NCBI GenBank assembly: GCA_031256175.1
Contig: JAIRRC010000032.1
Span: 347 to 64,346, forward strand
DNA: 64,000 nucleotides
Source: Rickettsiales bacterium
Lineage (GTDB): Bacteria > Pseudomonadota > Alphaproteobacteria > Rs-D84
Direction: 5' to 3'
Shown here: piece after piece, positions 38,105 through 47,595 of the stretch
Layout: every line of letters begins with the position of its first letter
Numbering within the stretch: position 1 is the first letter of the stretch
Made by a program: the position numbers and the translations under genes
Notes under the pieces: model-generated
Databases searched by the model: none
What the model was told of the DNA's origin: nothing
What the model saw: only the letters and a program-made list of their open reading frames with translations

Positions 38105-38518
38105 CTACCTGCAATAAATGGTTTCAAGCATAATCGTCTGCCCGCCATTACCGACGCCGCAACATGCTGCGGTAACCCCCAACTGCAAAACAGCCACTAC
38201 CTTATCACGAGTATCGTTGCTGTTTTCATGGCGCATGCCCATATGTTCCTTGTATTCCGGCGTCAGCTTGCACTTATCGTCATCTTTTTCCTCTATATAT
38301 TCCTTGTATTTTTCCAAATCCAATTCGCCCGTTCGTTTTATAGTAGTGGTCACGTTCATGCCCGCGCCTTTGCCATATTCATTATCGACATATTCCACTT
38401 CCGTTTCGACTTCTATAATCCGTTTCGCTTCTTCTATAACTTCCTGTATATCAGCTTTCGCGGCATCCGCGACGAAAGCCATCGTTATGACGGCCGGTAT
38501 GATTAAAAGTTTTTTCAT
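38105..38518 (-). CDS. secreted acidic hypothetical protein (AT-rich gene)
   Basis: Signal peptide MKKLLIIPAVITMAFVADAAKA; gene visibly lower GC than surroundings. Confidence 0.45.
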   Translation of the reverse strand: MKKLLIIPAVITMAFVADAAKADIQEVIEEAKRIIEVETEVEYVDNEYGKGAGMNVTTTIKRTGELDLEKYKEYIEEKDDDKCKLTPEYKEHMGMRHENSNDTRDKVVAVLQLGVTAACCGVGNGGQTIMLETIYCR

Positions 38519-38619
38519 TGTTTTTTCCTTTTTTAAGTTATGTTTAATTTAGGCGTGGAACGCCTTATCCGCTTTCGCGAATCCGAGTTGGTTAAATCCG
38601 TAAAAATTAGCGGAAAGCT

Positions 38620-38635
38620 AGAGAGAGAGAGAGAG
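38620..38635. repeat. (AG)8 dinucleotide microsatellite
   Basis: agagagagagagagag in intergenic region upstream of secreted-protein gene. Confidence 0.8.
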
Positions 38636-38733
38636 TAAAGATGCGGTTATGTTTTTCATGATTACATCATACCAGAAAATGGGAATTGGTTCAATATAAA
38701 TTAATCAACTCACCCGCAAGGGGGAAGTTGTTT

Positions 38734-39654
38734 TTAACTCAGGCGTTTTTTAAGGGGTGCGATGAATTTATCCATTATGGGGTCGGACACTTCGTTATGG
38801 TCGCAATTGTCGAAGAATTCCCGCGTGTATTTTTTCGCCCCGTGCGCTATGCCGCCCCTGCCCGTTCCGCGCGGCGCGCGCTTCTGGTATTCTTCCCACG
38901 ATTTGCAATGGTAATGGTTGCACCGAATCCCCCAGTCCGAAATCTTCCCGTCGCATTCCCTGACCTGCACGCCGGCGTCCAAGGTCCCCTGGTCGTGGCA
39001 ACTGGTCGCGATGACCAGGCGCGGATTGAAAACGCTTTTATGCGCGGGCCCGGGAAGCTTGAAATTATTCTCGGCCGCGCGGGTTTTGAAATTCTCTATA
39101 ACCAGGCCCGATGGTTTGGTCAAATGCCCGCCGCTGCCATACATCGCCCAGCCGACCAAAACTTGCGAAGCGTTTTTCGGCAATTTATCCAGATATTCCG
39201 GAATCGTTCCATCCTTCGTCGGGACCAAGAATTCATCCAAGTCGATGATGGCCATCCATTTCGTAGCGTATTTATGTTTCTTTATCGAATCCCAGTAGGC
39301 CTGCAACTGCACCCTTTGGCCCGGCCAGAATTTGTATTCCACCAGGCCCGATTTCATATAAGGCGTAAGCACCGACCTTGTGTTGTCAGTGGATTCATTG
39401 TCGTAAATGTAAAACTTCTCGACGCCCAGCATGCGATGGTATTCAATCCATTCCTTGAAATACGCGCCTTCGTTTTTCGCAATCGCGGTTATGGAAAGCT
39501 TATAGCGGAACTTCAATTTATGCTCGGTTTTCCGGAACCGGCGCGCGGCCAGGCAATAATTCACAAGCCCGAACGTCAAAGCGTTCCTGACTTTATGGCG
39601 CCGCTGCGGGTTCTTGAAAAACGCCGAGATTATATTCGCGAAAAATTTCCTCAT
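38734..39654 (-). CDS. glycosyltransferase family 92 protein, paralog 2
   Basis: Same GT92 signature; true start MRKFF at 39654 (ATGA overlap with paralog 3 stop); the upstream ORF extension to 40173 is another frame of paralog 3. Confidence 0.75.
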   Translation of the reverse strand: MRKFFANIISAFFKNPQRRHKVRNALTFGLVNYCLAARRFRKTEHKLKFRYKLSITAIAKNEGAYFKEWIEYHRMLGVEKFYIYDNESTDNTRSVLTPYMKSGLVEYKFWPGQRVQLQAYWDSIKKHKYATKWMAIIDLDEFLVPTKDGTIPEYLDKLPKNASQVLVGWAMYGSGGHLTKPSGLVIENFKTRAAENNFKLPGPAHKSVFNPRLVIATSCHDQGTLDAGVQVRECDGKISDWGIRCNHYHCKSWEEYQKRAPRGTGRGGIAHGAKKYTREFFDNCDHNEVSDPIMDKFIAPLKKRLS

Positions 39655-40532
39655 GCCTTTTCCTTTATGTCGTTCAAGTCGAATTTTTCGAAATAGTCCA
39701 GGCCGCGCTTGGCCAAAGACCGCGTCGCGCGGCCGCGCGCGCGCTTGTCCAAGAATTCCTGCCAGCTTTTGACCGCGTAATGCTTTATAAAAATCACGTC
39801 GTGCTGAGGCACGCGGCCCGGATGTTGGCGCAATATCGCGTCGCCGTGGGAATCCGCCGCGCGGCCGGCCAAGCGCACGGCTTCGTGCGTGCCGACGAAG
39901 GACGAAACCATTCTTGGATTCACTATCGCTTTGACATGGCGGTTCACTTCGGCTTCCGGGCGCGCGTGGCAGCGGAAGCGCGCCATGACGCCCCCGGCCG
40001 TTTTCTTCTTCGCGCCGCCGCTGCCGTAGCACAGCCAGTTGATTTCGACCAATGCGAATTTTTCGAACCGGCGCAAAAACTTTGGGATGGTTTTGTCCGC
40101 GACCGGCGCGATGAATTCGTCCAAGTCTATGAACGCAATCCAGCGCGCGTCCAGCCTGCGGCGCGCAAGGCAATCGTTGTATGACGGAATCTGCTTCAAT
40201 CTGCCCGGCACAAAAGTATATTCGACCAGGCCGGATTTTATGTATGGAGCCAAAACTTTTTTGGTATCGTCCGTCGATTCATTGTCGTATATATAGAATT
40301 TCTCGACGCCGAGCGCGCGGTGCCATTCAATCCATTCCTTGAAATAAGCGCCCTCGTTCTTGGCAATCGCCGCGACGGCGAGATAGTATTTCGGGCGGGT
40401 TTTGTCCGCGCGCATTTTGCGGCGCAGAAGAAACGCGCGAATCAGGCCAAAATTCACAAGCCCGCGAACGCGGCTTCGCGCGACTTTGCCCGGGACGAAG
40501 GCGGCGACGATTTCAGCGAGGACTTTTTTCAT
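39651..40532 (-). CDS. glycosyltransferase family 92 protein, paralog 3
   Basis: AIAKNEGAYFKEWIEWHRALGVEKFYIYDNESTDD..IDLDEFIAP. Confidence 0.75.
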   Translation of the reverse strand: MKKVLAEIVAAFVPGKVARSRVRGLVNFGLIRAFLLRRKMRADKTRPKYYLAVAAIAKNEGAYFKEWIEWHRALGVEKFYIYDNESTDDTKKVLAPYIKSGLVEYTFVPGRLKQIPSYNDCLARRRLDARWIAFIDLDEFIAPVADKTIPKFLRRFEKFALVEINWLCYGSGGAKKKTAGGVMARFRCHARPEAEVNRHVKAIVNPRMVSSFVGTHEAVRLAGRAADSHGDAILRQHPGRVPQHDVIFIKHYAVKSWQEFLDKRARGRATRSLAKRGLDYFEKFDLNDIKEKA

Positions 40533-41427
40533 ACTTGCTCTTCTTCGGGAATAATTTTTCCAAAAACGCCTTATCCTTGGCGCCGCGGCCGGTATCGTTC
40601 AGCGTGAATGTCGCGGGATGTTTTTTCATGACTATATTATAGACATTCCAGCGCTTGTCATAATTATGGTATTCGGTTTTTCCGCGCAGCCAATTCCAAA
40701 AGCCGCCGTTATACCGCTGAAGTCTAAGCGTGTTTCGGCCCATCGCGTTATCGACCAGTGGAAAGACAATTCTTTGCACGTCGAGCCGGCTGCGGAAGGG
40801 CGACGTGTTCATATCGCGAATCGCAAACGCCGTTTCATACATATAGGATTTCCGCATCGGTTCGATGGAATGCGCGAAACCGATGCCGACGCTATTCCGC
40901 TTTCCGGTTATTCCCTGCGTAAAAATCCAGGCGTTCCATTGCGTTTTGCGCCAATAGCTTCTTGGCTCGCGGAGCGAAAAGCGCCGCTTTTTCTTCACTA
41001 TGACAATCGGGTCGCCTTTCTTATCGAAGAAGAAATCGGGCTGGACGGGCCGGCCGAAAAACATATCGTCGTTCGCGTAAAGGAAATGTTCCGAAAGGCC
41101 GGGGATTTTATAGATATTGGATTCAATCGTAACGGAATTAAAAGTCGGAAGATATTTTTCGTCGATGATTTCCTTATGGTCGACGATTGTGATTTTCGGA
41201 TTGTTCGCCAGCCATTTAGGACGCTGTCCGTCGGTTATAATAAATATATGATTTATCCAGGGCGCGAATTTTTCGACCGAGCGCAGGGAATATTTCAATT
41301 CGTCATTGTCGCGCCAGCGCCTGGCCGCGACGCCGCTGCCGCGCGCGACGCCAAGCGCGGCGTTCTTTTTCGCCAGCCATTTTTTATCGCTTCCATCCAC
41401 CCAGAGATATACAAGGTCAATCAGCAT
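40513..41427 (-). CDS. Stealth-family capsular polysaccharide phosphotransferase-like protein
   Basis: N-terminal VYLWVDGSD (Stealth CR1-like) and length ~300 aa. Confidence 0.6.
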   Translation of the reverse strand: MLIDLVYLWVDGSDKKWLAKKNAALGVARGSGVAARRWRDNDELKYSLRSVEKFAPWINHIFIITDGQRPKWLANNPKITIVDHKEIIDEKYLPTFNSVTIESNIYKIPGLSEHFLYANDDMFFGRPVQPDFFFDKKGDPIVIVKKKRRFSLREPRSYWRKTQWNAWIFTQGITGKRNSVGIGFAHSIEPMRKSYMYETAFAIRDMNTSPFRSRLDVQRIVFPLVDNAMGRNTLRLQRYNGGFWNWLRGKTEYHNYDKRWNVYNIVMKKHPATFTLNDTGRGAKDKAFLEKLFPKKSKYEKSPR

Positions 41428-42313
41428 TTTTATCTTTCAGCTTTTCCAATATGTCGGGATATTTTTCAAGAATCTTTTCCGTCGCGACAAGGTTCACGTC
41501 GGTTCCCGAATAAATATTCACCGACTTCAAGGTGATTTCCATCGGTTTGGTCATGTCCTCCAAATGCACGCTTCCGCGGCCGAAGGGAACCGGCGCGGTG
41601 CCGACGCCGTTCTTCACCGCCATCAGCCAGAACCAGACGTCGTCGACCGACGGCGCGATTTCCATGAATGTTTTCGAATCGAAGACTTCCTTTGGAAAAA
41701 TATGCGGCGGATAAAGCGCGCCCGCGACGCCGGTTATGTGGTTGACCAAGCGCGGCCGCGTCGACAGATAGAAAAAGCGCAGGCTTTTATAGACCTTCCA
41801 TTTAAGGTGCGGAATCAGGCGGCCGTCAGCGCCGAAGCGCGCGCGCCGAATCCGGTTGCCTATAACCGCGCGCGGATATTTTTTATGATGACGCAACAAC
41901 GCCGCAATGACGCCGCGCGGATATAAAATGTCGTCGTCGAAAGTTATGATTATATCGTCCGGGAAATCTTTCAGCGCGGGAATCAATTTCGTGTATGAGC
42001 GGATATTTTCTTCGTAGAAACGGACTTCGAAATTTTTGTATTCCTTTTTAAGCGCAGTAAGTTCGGCCGGGATTTTTCCGCCCGGGAACTGCGACGCGGT
42101 CAGATAAAGGACGACCTTGTCGGGTTTGACGCTTTGGTTCAGAACGGACCTTAGGGCGCGCGCCGCGAAGCCCACCGCCGCCGGAAACGAAGTCATGCTT
42201 GCTATGATTTTAGGTTCTTTCAACATACCGGGATTATAGATTGGCCGCGCGAATAAATCAAGATTTATTCCGCTGTTTGGTCGGGGGCGCAGCGGGCGCC
42301 GGACATCGCGCAA
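41417..42313 (-). CDS. putative GT-A fold glycosyltransferase
   Basis: IITFDDDILYP DxD-type motif; likely start at MLKEPK (~42226). Confidence 0.45.
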   Translation of the reverse strand: MRDVRRPLRPRPNSGINLDLFARPIYNPGMLKEPKIIASMTSFPAAVGFAARALRSVLNQSVKPDKVVLYLTASQFPGGKIPAELTALKKEYKNFEVRFYEENIRSYTKLIPALKDFPDDIIITFDDDILYPRGVIAALLRHHKKYPRAVIGNRIRRARFGADGRLIPHLKWKVYKSLRFFYLSTRPRLVNHITGVAGALYPPHIFPKEVFDSKTFMEIAPSVDDVWFWLMAVKNGVGTAPVPFGRGSVHLEDMTKPMEITLKSVNIYSGTDVNLVATEKILEKYPDILEKLKDKNAD

Positions 42314-44214
42314 TCCAGCATATTCTGCGGGACGGGAACCGGCATCGGAACCGGCATGCCGGTTTTATCGCCCCATTTAATAGCGTCCAGCAAATCTATA
42401 ACCCGGCCGTCTTCGAATATATTCTCGGACGCAACTTTGCGCCCGCCGAAATAATCGAAGCCCGGCAAATCTTCCGGCACCACCGGAATTTCGAATCCGT
42501 AATCGCCGCTCCAACCGATTTTCAGGCCGCCGTTCCAGCCGTTGTTTCCCGCGTTCTTCCTTATATCTATGTTCATATCTGCGACAAGCGGAATCTGGCC
42601 TTCGCGCGGGTTTATGCAATACGCGCAGCCGGACGGGTCGAGCACCATAAGCTGGCGCAATGCGCCGCAATAAATTCCCGCCGCGCCATTATCGCCAGCG
42701 CACCAGGCGGGGCTGCACGCCGCGGACCGGGCCGCGCGCGCGTATCCGGCGGGACATGGCGGAACAAGGCCGGGCTTTTCTTCCAAGCTGACGCATTCGC
42801 CCTTGTTGCCCGCGCCGCTTGGCACGAAAACCGCGTTCGCGCCGCAGACCGAGGAATGAGTTCCCGAGTATCTGCACGAAGCCACGAAAGGATGGAAGGC
42901 GCCGTTCGTATCGACCTTGAACGGCGAACAATCCAAGCAGTTGAATTTCCTGTTCATCGAATGGCCGGCGTCCAATGAAATGCCGACCGCCGCCAAGCCC
43001 GCGACATTATTCAACGCCGCCAAGTTATACGAAGGGTCGTTCGGGAATCCGAAATAGAACGCCTTATAATCGCCGCCGGAACATTCGGCCGCGTTCGGAT
43101 AGCAGCCTTTGAACGCAAGCCGCGACGCGTCCGGCACGCAGACAAGCGCGCAGGTAGCCGGGTCCTGCATTTCGGTTTCGCAGTCGCCGCACTGGCTGGC
43201 GGTCCGCATAACGCCGCCGCCGTAAGGCGACTTGCCCTTGGCGGGCGGCGGGCATTTGCCGACCTCTTCCGACGCCGCCATGAAGGGATTGCCTATGCAG
43301 ACCCATTCAAGTTTTTCATAATCATAACTTGCGACCTTGCCCTTCGGGCATTCTTTGGCCTCGGACGGCGGGCGGCAGGTCCAGACGCCGTCCATAAGCA
43401 CGGCCGTTTCAAGGCCGCCGCAAATCGGCCGCGCGGAAGCGTTCGCCACGCAGTCGCCGACTTCGGCGTCGAAAATCATGTCGCCCTGGCATAATTTTAC
43501 TTGGGTCGGCTGCTCGCACCGCCAAGTTCTGTATCTAAAAACCTTCACTTCGCCGGGCGCGCAGGAAAGGGTCGCAGCTTCGCGCCGGATTTGTTCGCTC
43601 CGCAATTCTTCCGCCGTGAATTGCGTCATATACGCCAAGTCGCCGGATTTCAGCGATGCGGCGCGGACCAGCGCATCGCTTAGCCAGACCGGGCGGGAGT
43701 TCGCCGATAGAATCGCGGTTTTCGATGCCGCTTCGCCCCCGTCGCCTTCGAATTCGGCGTTCATCACGATGCCGAGGCCGGGCGCGCCCTTATACTTGCG
43801 GCGCACGGCGTCCATTATGCGGCCGGAAGAATCAGCGCCCGCCCAAGGCGATTTCGTTATGACGAACCTTTGGATTTGCTCCGGATTTCGGGAATCGACG
43901 CGGCAGCTTCTGGACACTTCGCCGTCTTTAAGGCAGACGACCGACGACGACACCTTGTATTTATCGATACACGGACTTTCGGCCATGGCGTAGTTTTTAG
44001 CGCCGTCGTCTTCGGCCCGCGCCGATTCCAAAGCCGCGGCATGAAGCGCGACCACGCACGACACCGCCGCGAAGGCGTCGGACTTATCCAAGACTTCTTC
44101 GGATGTCTGGACATCGGTTCGCATGGAAGGGGCGCCCAGATAATAATATCCGGCCATGAACAGGAATACCAAGACGATTAGAAAAATGTTCATACATTCT
44201 CTCTCAAAGACCAC
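42265..44214 (-). CDS. large cysteine-rich secreted/anchored protein of unknown function
   Basis: 649 aa, N-terminal hydrophobic anchor, >40 Cys in CxxC/CG clusters, Pro-rich C-terminus (PVPMPVPVP); heads the minus-strand polysaccharide operon. Confidence 0.55.
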   Translation of the reverse strand: MVFERECMNIFLIVLVFLFMAGYYYLGAPSMRTDVQTSEEVLDKSDAFAAVSCVVALHAAALESARAEDDGAKNYAMAESPCIDKYKVSSSVVCLKDGEVSRSCRVDSRNPEQIQRFVITKSPWAGADSSGRIMDAVRRKYKGAPGLGIVMNAEFEGDGGEAASKTAILSANSRPVWLSDALVRAASLKSGDLAYMTQFTAEELRSEQIRREAATLSCAPGEVKVFRYRTWRCEQPTQVKLCQGDMIFDAEVGDCVANASARPICGGLETAVLMDGVWTCRPPSEAKECPKGKVASYDYEKLEWVCIGNPFMAASEEVGKCPPPAKGKSPYGGGVMRTASQCGDCETEMQDPATCALVCVPDASRLAFKGCYPNAAECSGGDYKAFYFGFPNDPSYNLAALNNVAGLAAVGISLDAGHSMNRKFNCLDCSPFKVDTNGAFHPFVASCRYSGTHSSVCGANAVFVPSGAGNKGECVSLEEKPGLVPPCPAGYARAARSAACSPAWCAGDNGAAGIYCGALRQLMVLDPSGCAYCINPREGQIPLVADMNIDIRKNAGNNGWNGGLKIGWSGDYGFEIPVVPEDLPGFDYFGGRKVASENIFEDGRVIDLLDAIKWGDKTGMPVPMPVPVPQNMLDCAMSGARCAPDQTAE

Positions 44215-44273
44215 CCCGCCCGCCTTCGTCCTTTGGACTCCGGCGCGGCACCCCTCGCTACGGGGGGAACTTT
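44206..44273 (-). repeat. 68-bp exact repeat R68 (copy 2), overlapping the stop codon of the MerR-family gene
   Basis: Identical to 14247-14314. Confidence 0.85.
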
Positions 44274-44649
44274 ATTCTTGTGCGGATTCAAGGGCCAGGC
44301 TGGCGGAAAGCAAAAGTTCCACCGCCTGGTCGATTTCGTCCGTTCCGACCGCGCGCGGCGCAGGCGCCGCCGTTTCCCTGGCCGCGCTTGACACCATAGC
44401 GCCGCCGCCCGCCGCCAATAATTTTTTGACGCCCCTTATCGTATAGCCCTGGCGATAAAGCAAGTCCTTTATCTTTTCCAATGTCGAAACATCGGAAGCG
44501 CGGTAGTATCTGCGGCCGCCGGCGCCGGTCGTGGGCTTTATGAAGGCCGGGAACTGACGCTCCCAGAATCTTAACACGTGCGACGGAAGGCCCAGCTTTT
44601 TCGCCACGTCGGAAATAGATGAAAAATATGCGTTGTCGCCGCCGGTCAT
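44272..44649 (-). CDS. MerR-family transcriptional regulator
   Basis: HTH ..[22 protein letters not shown].. MerR signature; conserved position next to ihfA. Confidence 0.8.
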   Translation of the reverse strand: MTGGDNAYFSSISDVAKKLGLPSHVLRFWERQFPAFIKPTTGAGGRRYYRASDVSTLEKIKDLLYRQGYTIRGVKKLLAAGGGAMVSSAARETAAPAPRAVGTDEIDQAVELLLSASLALESAQE

Positions 44650-44667
44650 TTCCCCCCTCGCCGTGGG

Positions 44668-44970
44668 TTAGACTTTCTTTTTAAGCTTGGCGGAGGGATG
44701 AAAGCTGATGGTGCGGCGGGCCGATATGACGGCAGGCGCGCCTGTTTTCGGGTTTCTGCCCATGCGCTCGCGCTTGTTCAATATCTTGAAGGTGCCGAAT
44801 CCGCTGATTTTGACTTCTTCGCCGCGAACAAGGCTTCCGGCTATCTCGGAAAAAATCAAGTCGGTCATGACATAGCCTTCGGCCTTGGAAAGCCCGACCA
44901 AGCGATGTATGATTTCCGCGAAATCCGACCTTGTTATGCTTGCCATAATCCGCACCTTTATTGGGTTCAA
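44668..44970 (-). CDS. ihfA: integration host factor subunit alpha
   Basis: GFGTF..RERMGRNPKTG arm motif, 100 aa. Confidence 0.85.
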   Translation of the reverse strand: MNPIKVRIMASITRSDFAEIIHRLVGLSKAEGYVMTDLIFSEIAGSLVRGEEVKISGFGTFKILNKRERMGRNPKTGAPAVISARRTISFHPSAKLKKKV

Positions 44971-45915
44971 CTACATCTTAATAACGGCCGCGCCCCAAGT
45001 CAAGCCCGCACCGAACGCCGTGTATAAAATCCTTTGGCCGGGTTTTATCAGACCCTGCTCGGCCGCATAGGCCAGCGCAAGGGCGCCCGACGCGCCGCTG
45101 GTATTCGCGAACTTGTCGACGTTCGTAATGACTTTATCCATAGGAAAGCCGATTTTTTCCGAAGCGCTTATGATAATCCGCATATTCGCCTGGTGCGGCA
45201 GCAGCCAGTCTATATCGTCCTTGGTCATGCCCGCGGATTCCAAGACGGCCAGGCCCGCCGCGCCCATATTGCGGACCGCGTGCTTATAGACTTCCTTGCC
45301 GTCCATGCAGACATGGCCCTTATCGTTCGAATAAAGAAGCCCGGCGTTCGCGCCGTCCGAGAAAATTTCCGAAGCAACTATCCCCTGGCCCGCTTCCTCG
45401 GTCCGCTCGAATATCATGGCGCCCGCGCCGTCGCCGAAAAGCACCGCAGTGTTCCTGTCGGTCCAATCGACCATCTGCGACATCTTTTCAGAACCCACAA
45501 TCAAAATGCGGCGATACATACCGGCCGCGAAAAACGCGCGCGCTATGTGCATTGCATAGACGAAGCCCGTGCAGGCGGCCTTGACGTCGAACGCGGGCGC
45601 ATTGTTCGTCATGCCCAGGCGCGAATACAGATACTCGGCCTCGGCCGGGAAATCGCGCTTGCCCGATATGGTCGCGAATATTATGCAATCGATGTCGTCC
45701 GGCTCCAATTTCGCCATGCCGAGCGAGCGGCGAACGGCGGCTTCGGCCATGTCGACGACGCCCTCGTCGTCGCGCGCGATATGGCGCTGCCTTATCCCGG
45801 TGCGGATTAGAATCCATTCGTCCGTCGTGTCCATAAGCTTTTCAAGCCCCGCGTTCGGCACGATTTTCTCGGGCGCGTAGTATCCGTATCCGACAAGTTT
45901 GCTTCCGAACATCAT
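44971..45915 (-). CDS. fabH: 3-oxoacyl-ACP synthase III
   Basis: FabH pattern with active-site Cys context AACTGF and C-terminal GAGLTWGAAVI. Confidence 0.9.
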   Translation of the reverse strand: MMFGSKLVGYGYYAPEKIVPNAGLEKLMDTTDEWILIRTGIRQRHIARDDEGVVDMAEAAVRRSLGMAKLEPDDIDCIIFATISGKRDFPAEAEYLYSRLGMTNNAPAFDVKAACTGFVYAMHIARAFFAAGMYRRILIVGSEKMSQMVDWTDRNTAVLFGDGAGAMIFERTEEAGQGIVASEIFSDGANAGLLYSNDKGHVCMDGKEVYKHAVRNMGAAGLAVLESAGMTKDDIDWLLPHQANMRIIISASEKIGFPMDKVITNVDKFANTSGASGALALAYAAEQGLIKPGQRILYTAFGAGLTWGAAVIKM

Positions 45916-46979
45916 TTTTTTAGCTCCCCTTTGACGCCGGCCATAAGCGCGACGTCCTGCTTAATCTGAGTGTTGTAATCGGCGCGCGACATCTGAACCG
46001 CATACTTCACCGCGTTGGAAAACGACAGCGCGTCCGAGTTGCCGTGCGTCTTCACCACAAAGCCGTTCAAACCCACGAAAGCCGCGCCCGCGTATGAGCG
46101 CGGGTCGATTTTCGACTTCAACCTTTTGAACACGTGGAACAAAAGGAACGAAACCGCCAGCGCGATTATAGACTTCATCATGACGTCTTTCAAAACATTT
46201 TTTATCAGGCGGGCGGTGCCCTCTATCGTCTTCAAAACTATGTTTCCGGTGAATCCGTCGGTAACGACCACGTCGACGTCGCCGCTTGGAATATCGTTGC
46301 CCTCGACAAAACCTATGTATTCGAACGGAAGCTTTTCGGCGTTCGCCTTGAAGATTTCGTTCACATGGCGAAGGCTTTCAAGGCCTTTCTGGTCTTCTTC
46401 GCCGATGTTCAGCAGGCCGACGCGCGGACGCGGCGAACCCACGATGGTCTTGTAATAAGCCGCGCCCAGAATCGCGAAATCCATCAGGTTTTCCTCGTCG
46501 CAAATGGCGTTCGCGCCAAGGTCAAGCAGGACCGCGCGGCGTTGCCCGTGGTCGCCCGCGGGCAGCATAGAAGTGATGGCCGGGCGCGAGATTCCGTCCA
46601 AAGTTTTCAGCGCCAATTTCGAAAGCGCCATCAGGACGCCGGTGTTTCCGGCGGAAATCACGCCGCAGGAATTGCCTTGCCTGACGTCGTCTATCGCCAT
46701 ATACATGCTGGTGTTCTTCGCGTTTCTGATGACTTCGCGGACCTTGTCGCCGCCCGCGACGACGTCCGGCGCGTGGATTACTTCCGACCGGGCCAAGACG
46801 CGCGGGTAAAGCGACATCAGCTGCCCGATTTTGGCGGAATCGCCGAATATCCTGAAATTGATTTTCTCGGCCAGCTCGGGCTCGGAAAACAGGAATTGAT
46901 TCAGGCCGCCTAAAACGGCCTTGGGGGCGTTATCGCCCCCGAATCCGTCAATCGCAAATGTGTTTTTTATCTTGGACAT
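45912..46979 (-). CDS. plsX: phosphate acyltransferase PlsX
   Basis: PlsX family, FAIDGFGGDNAP-type N-terminus, overlaps fabH start. Confidence 0.9.
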   Translation of the reverse strand: MSKIKNTFAIDGFGGDNAPKAVLGGLNQFLFSEPELAEKINFRIFGDSAKIGQLMSLYPRVLARSEVIHAPDVVAGGDKVREVIRNAKNTSMYMAIDDVRQGNSCGVISAGNTGVLMALSKLALKTLDGISRPAITSMLPAGDHGQRRAVLLDLGANAICDEENLMDFAILGAAYYKTIVGSPRPRVGLLNIGEEDQKGLESLRHVNEIFKANAEKLPFEYIGFVEGNDIPSGDVDVVVTDGFTGNIVLKTIEGTARLIKNVLKDVMMKSIIALAVSFLLFHVFKRLKSKIDPRSYAGAAFVGLNGFVVKTHGNSDALSFSNAVKYAVQMSRADYNTQIKQDVALMAGVKGELKK

Positions 46980-46991
46980 ATCGTCCCGGAA

Positions 46992-47165
46992 CTATTTCCC
47001 GACAACGGCCTTGCCGTCATAAGCGCCGCAGGCGCCGCAGACGTGGTGCGGGCGCTTTTTCTCGCCGCATTTGGCGCAGAGGGACGCCGGATTCGCTTTA
47101 AGCGAAAGGTGGGATTTGTGCATTGCGGAGCGTGATTTGCTCTTCTTTTTCTTTGGAACTGCCAT
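46992..47165 (-). CDS. rpmF: 50S ribosomal protein L32
   Basis: [12 protein letters not shown]..CxxC..CGAC zinc-ribbon L32; start trimmed to MAVPKK. Confidence 0.85.
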   Translation of the reverse strand: MAVPKKKKSKSRSAMHKSHLSLKANPASLCAKCGEKKRPHHVCGACGAYDGKAVVGK

Positions 47166-47297
47166 AGCCGTTTTTCCTTTGGTTGGTCGCCGCACATTCT
47201 ACACGCCCAAGGACATTTTTCAAGCGAAAAAAGAATTGCTTGAAATAAGGCGGGAATCGCTCCATAATCGCGTCGGATAAAACGAAGGGTAAAAGCA

Positions 47298-47594
47298 ATG
47301 ACTATGAAGCGTTCCGATTTGATACGCTCTATACAGGTCCGATTCGGCCGCATGAACAAGGCCGAGGCGGAGCGCGTGGTCAACACCTTCTTCGACACGC
47401 TGCGCTCGCAGGCGGGCGCGGGAAAACGCATAGAAATACGCCGCTTCGGCACGTTCGAGACGCGCCGCCGCACCACAAAAATCGGATACAACCCCTATTC
47501 GAAGGAAATGATTGCGGTGCCGGCGTCAGAACGGCTGCACTTTAAAATCAGCACCGATTTGTCGAAAGCCATGAACGGAAAGAAAACGGCCTGA
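47298..47594 (+). CDS. ihfB: integration host factor subunit beta
   Basis: RIEIRRFGTF motif and HU/IHF fold. Confidence 0.8.
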   Translation: MTMKRSDLIRSIQVRFGRMNKAEAERVVNTFFDTLRSQAGAGKRIEIRRFGTFETRRRTTKIGYNPYSKEMIAVPASERLHFKISTDLSKAMNGKKTA

Positions 47595-47595
47595 T

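Noticed and set aside
38734-40173. 479-aa ORF suggesting a long GT92 protein
   Set aside because: The N-terminal 173 residues are an alternative frame overlapping GT92 paralog 3. The true gene starts at MRKFF (39654), with an ATGA overlap to the upstream gene.
46967-47491. 174-aa minus-strand ORF spanning the rpmF-ihfB intergenic region
   Set aside because: It overlaps rpmF in another frame and is antisense to the ihfB start. It has no support.
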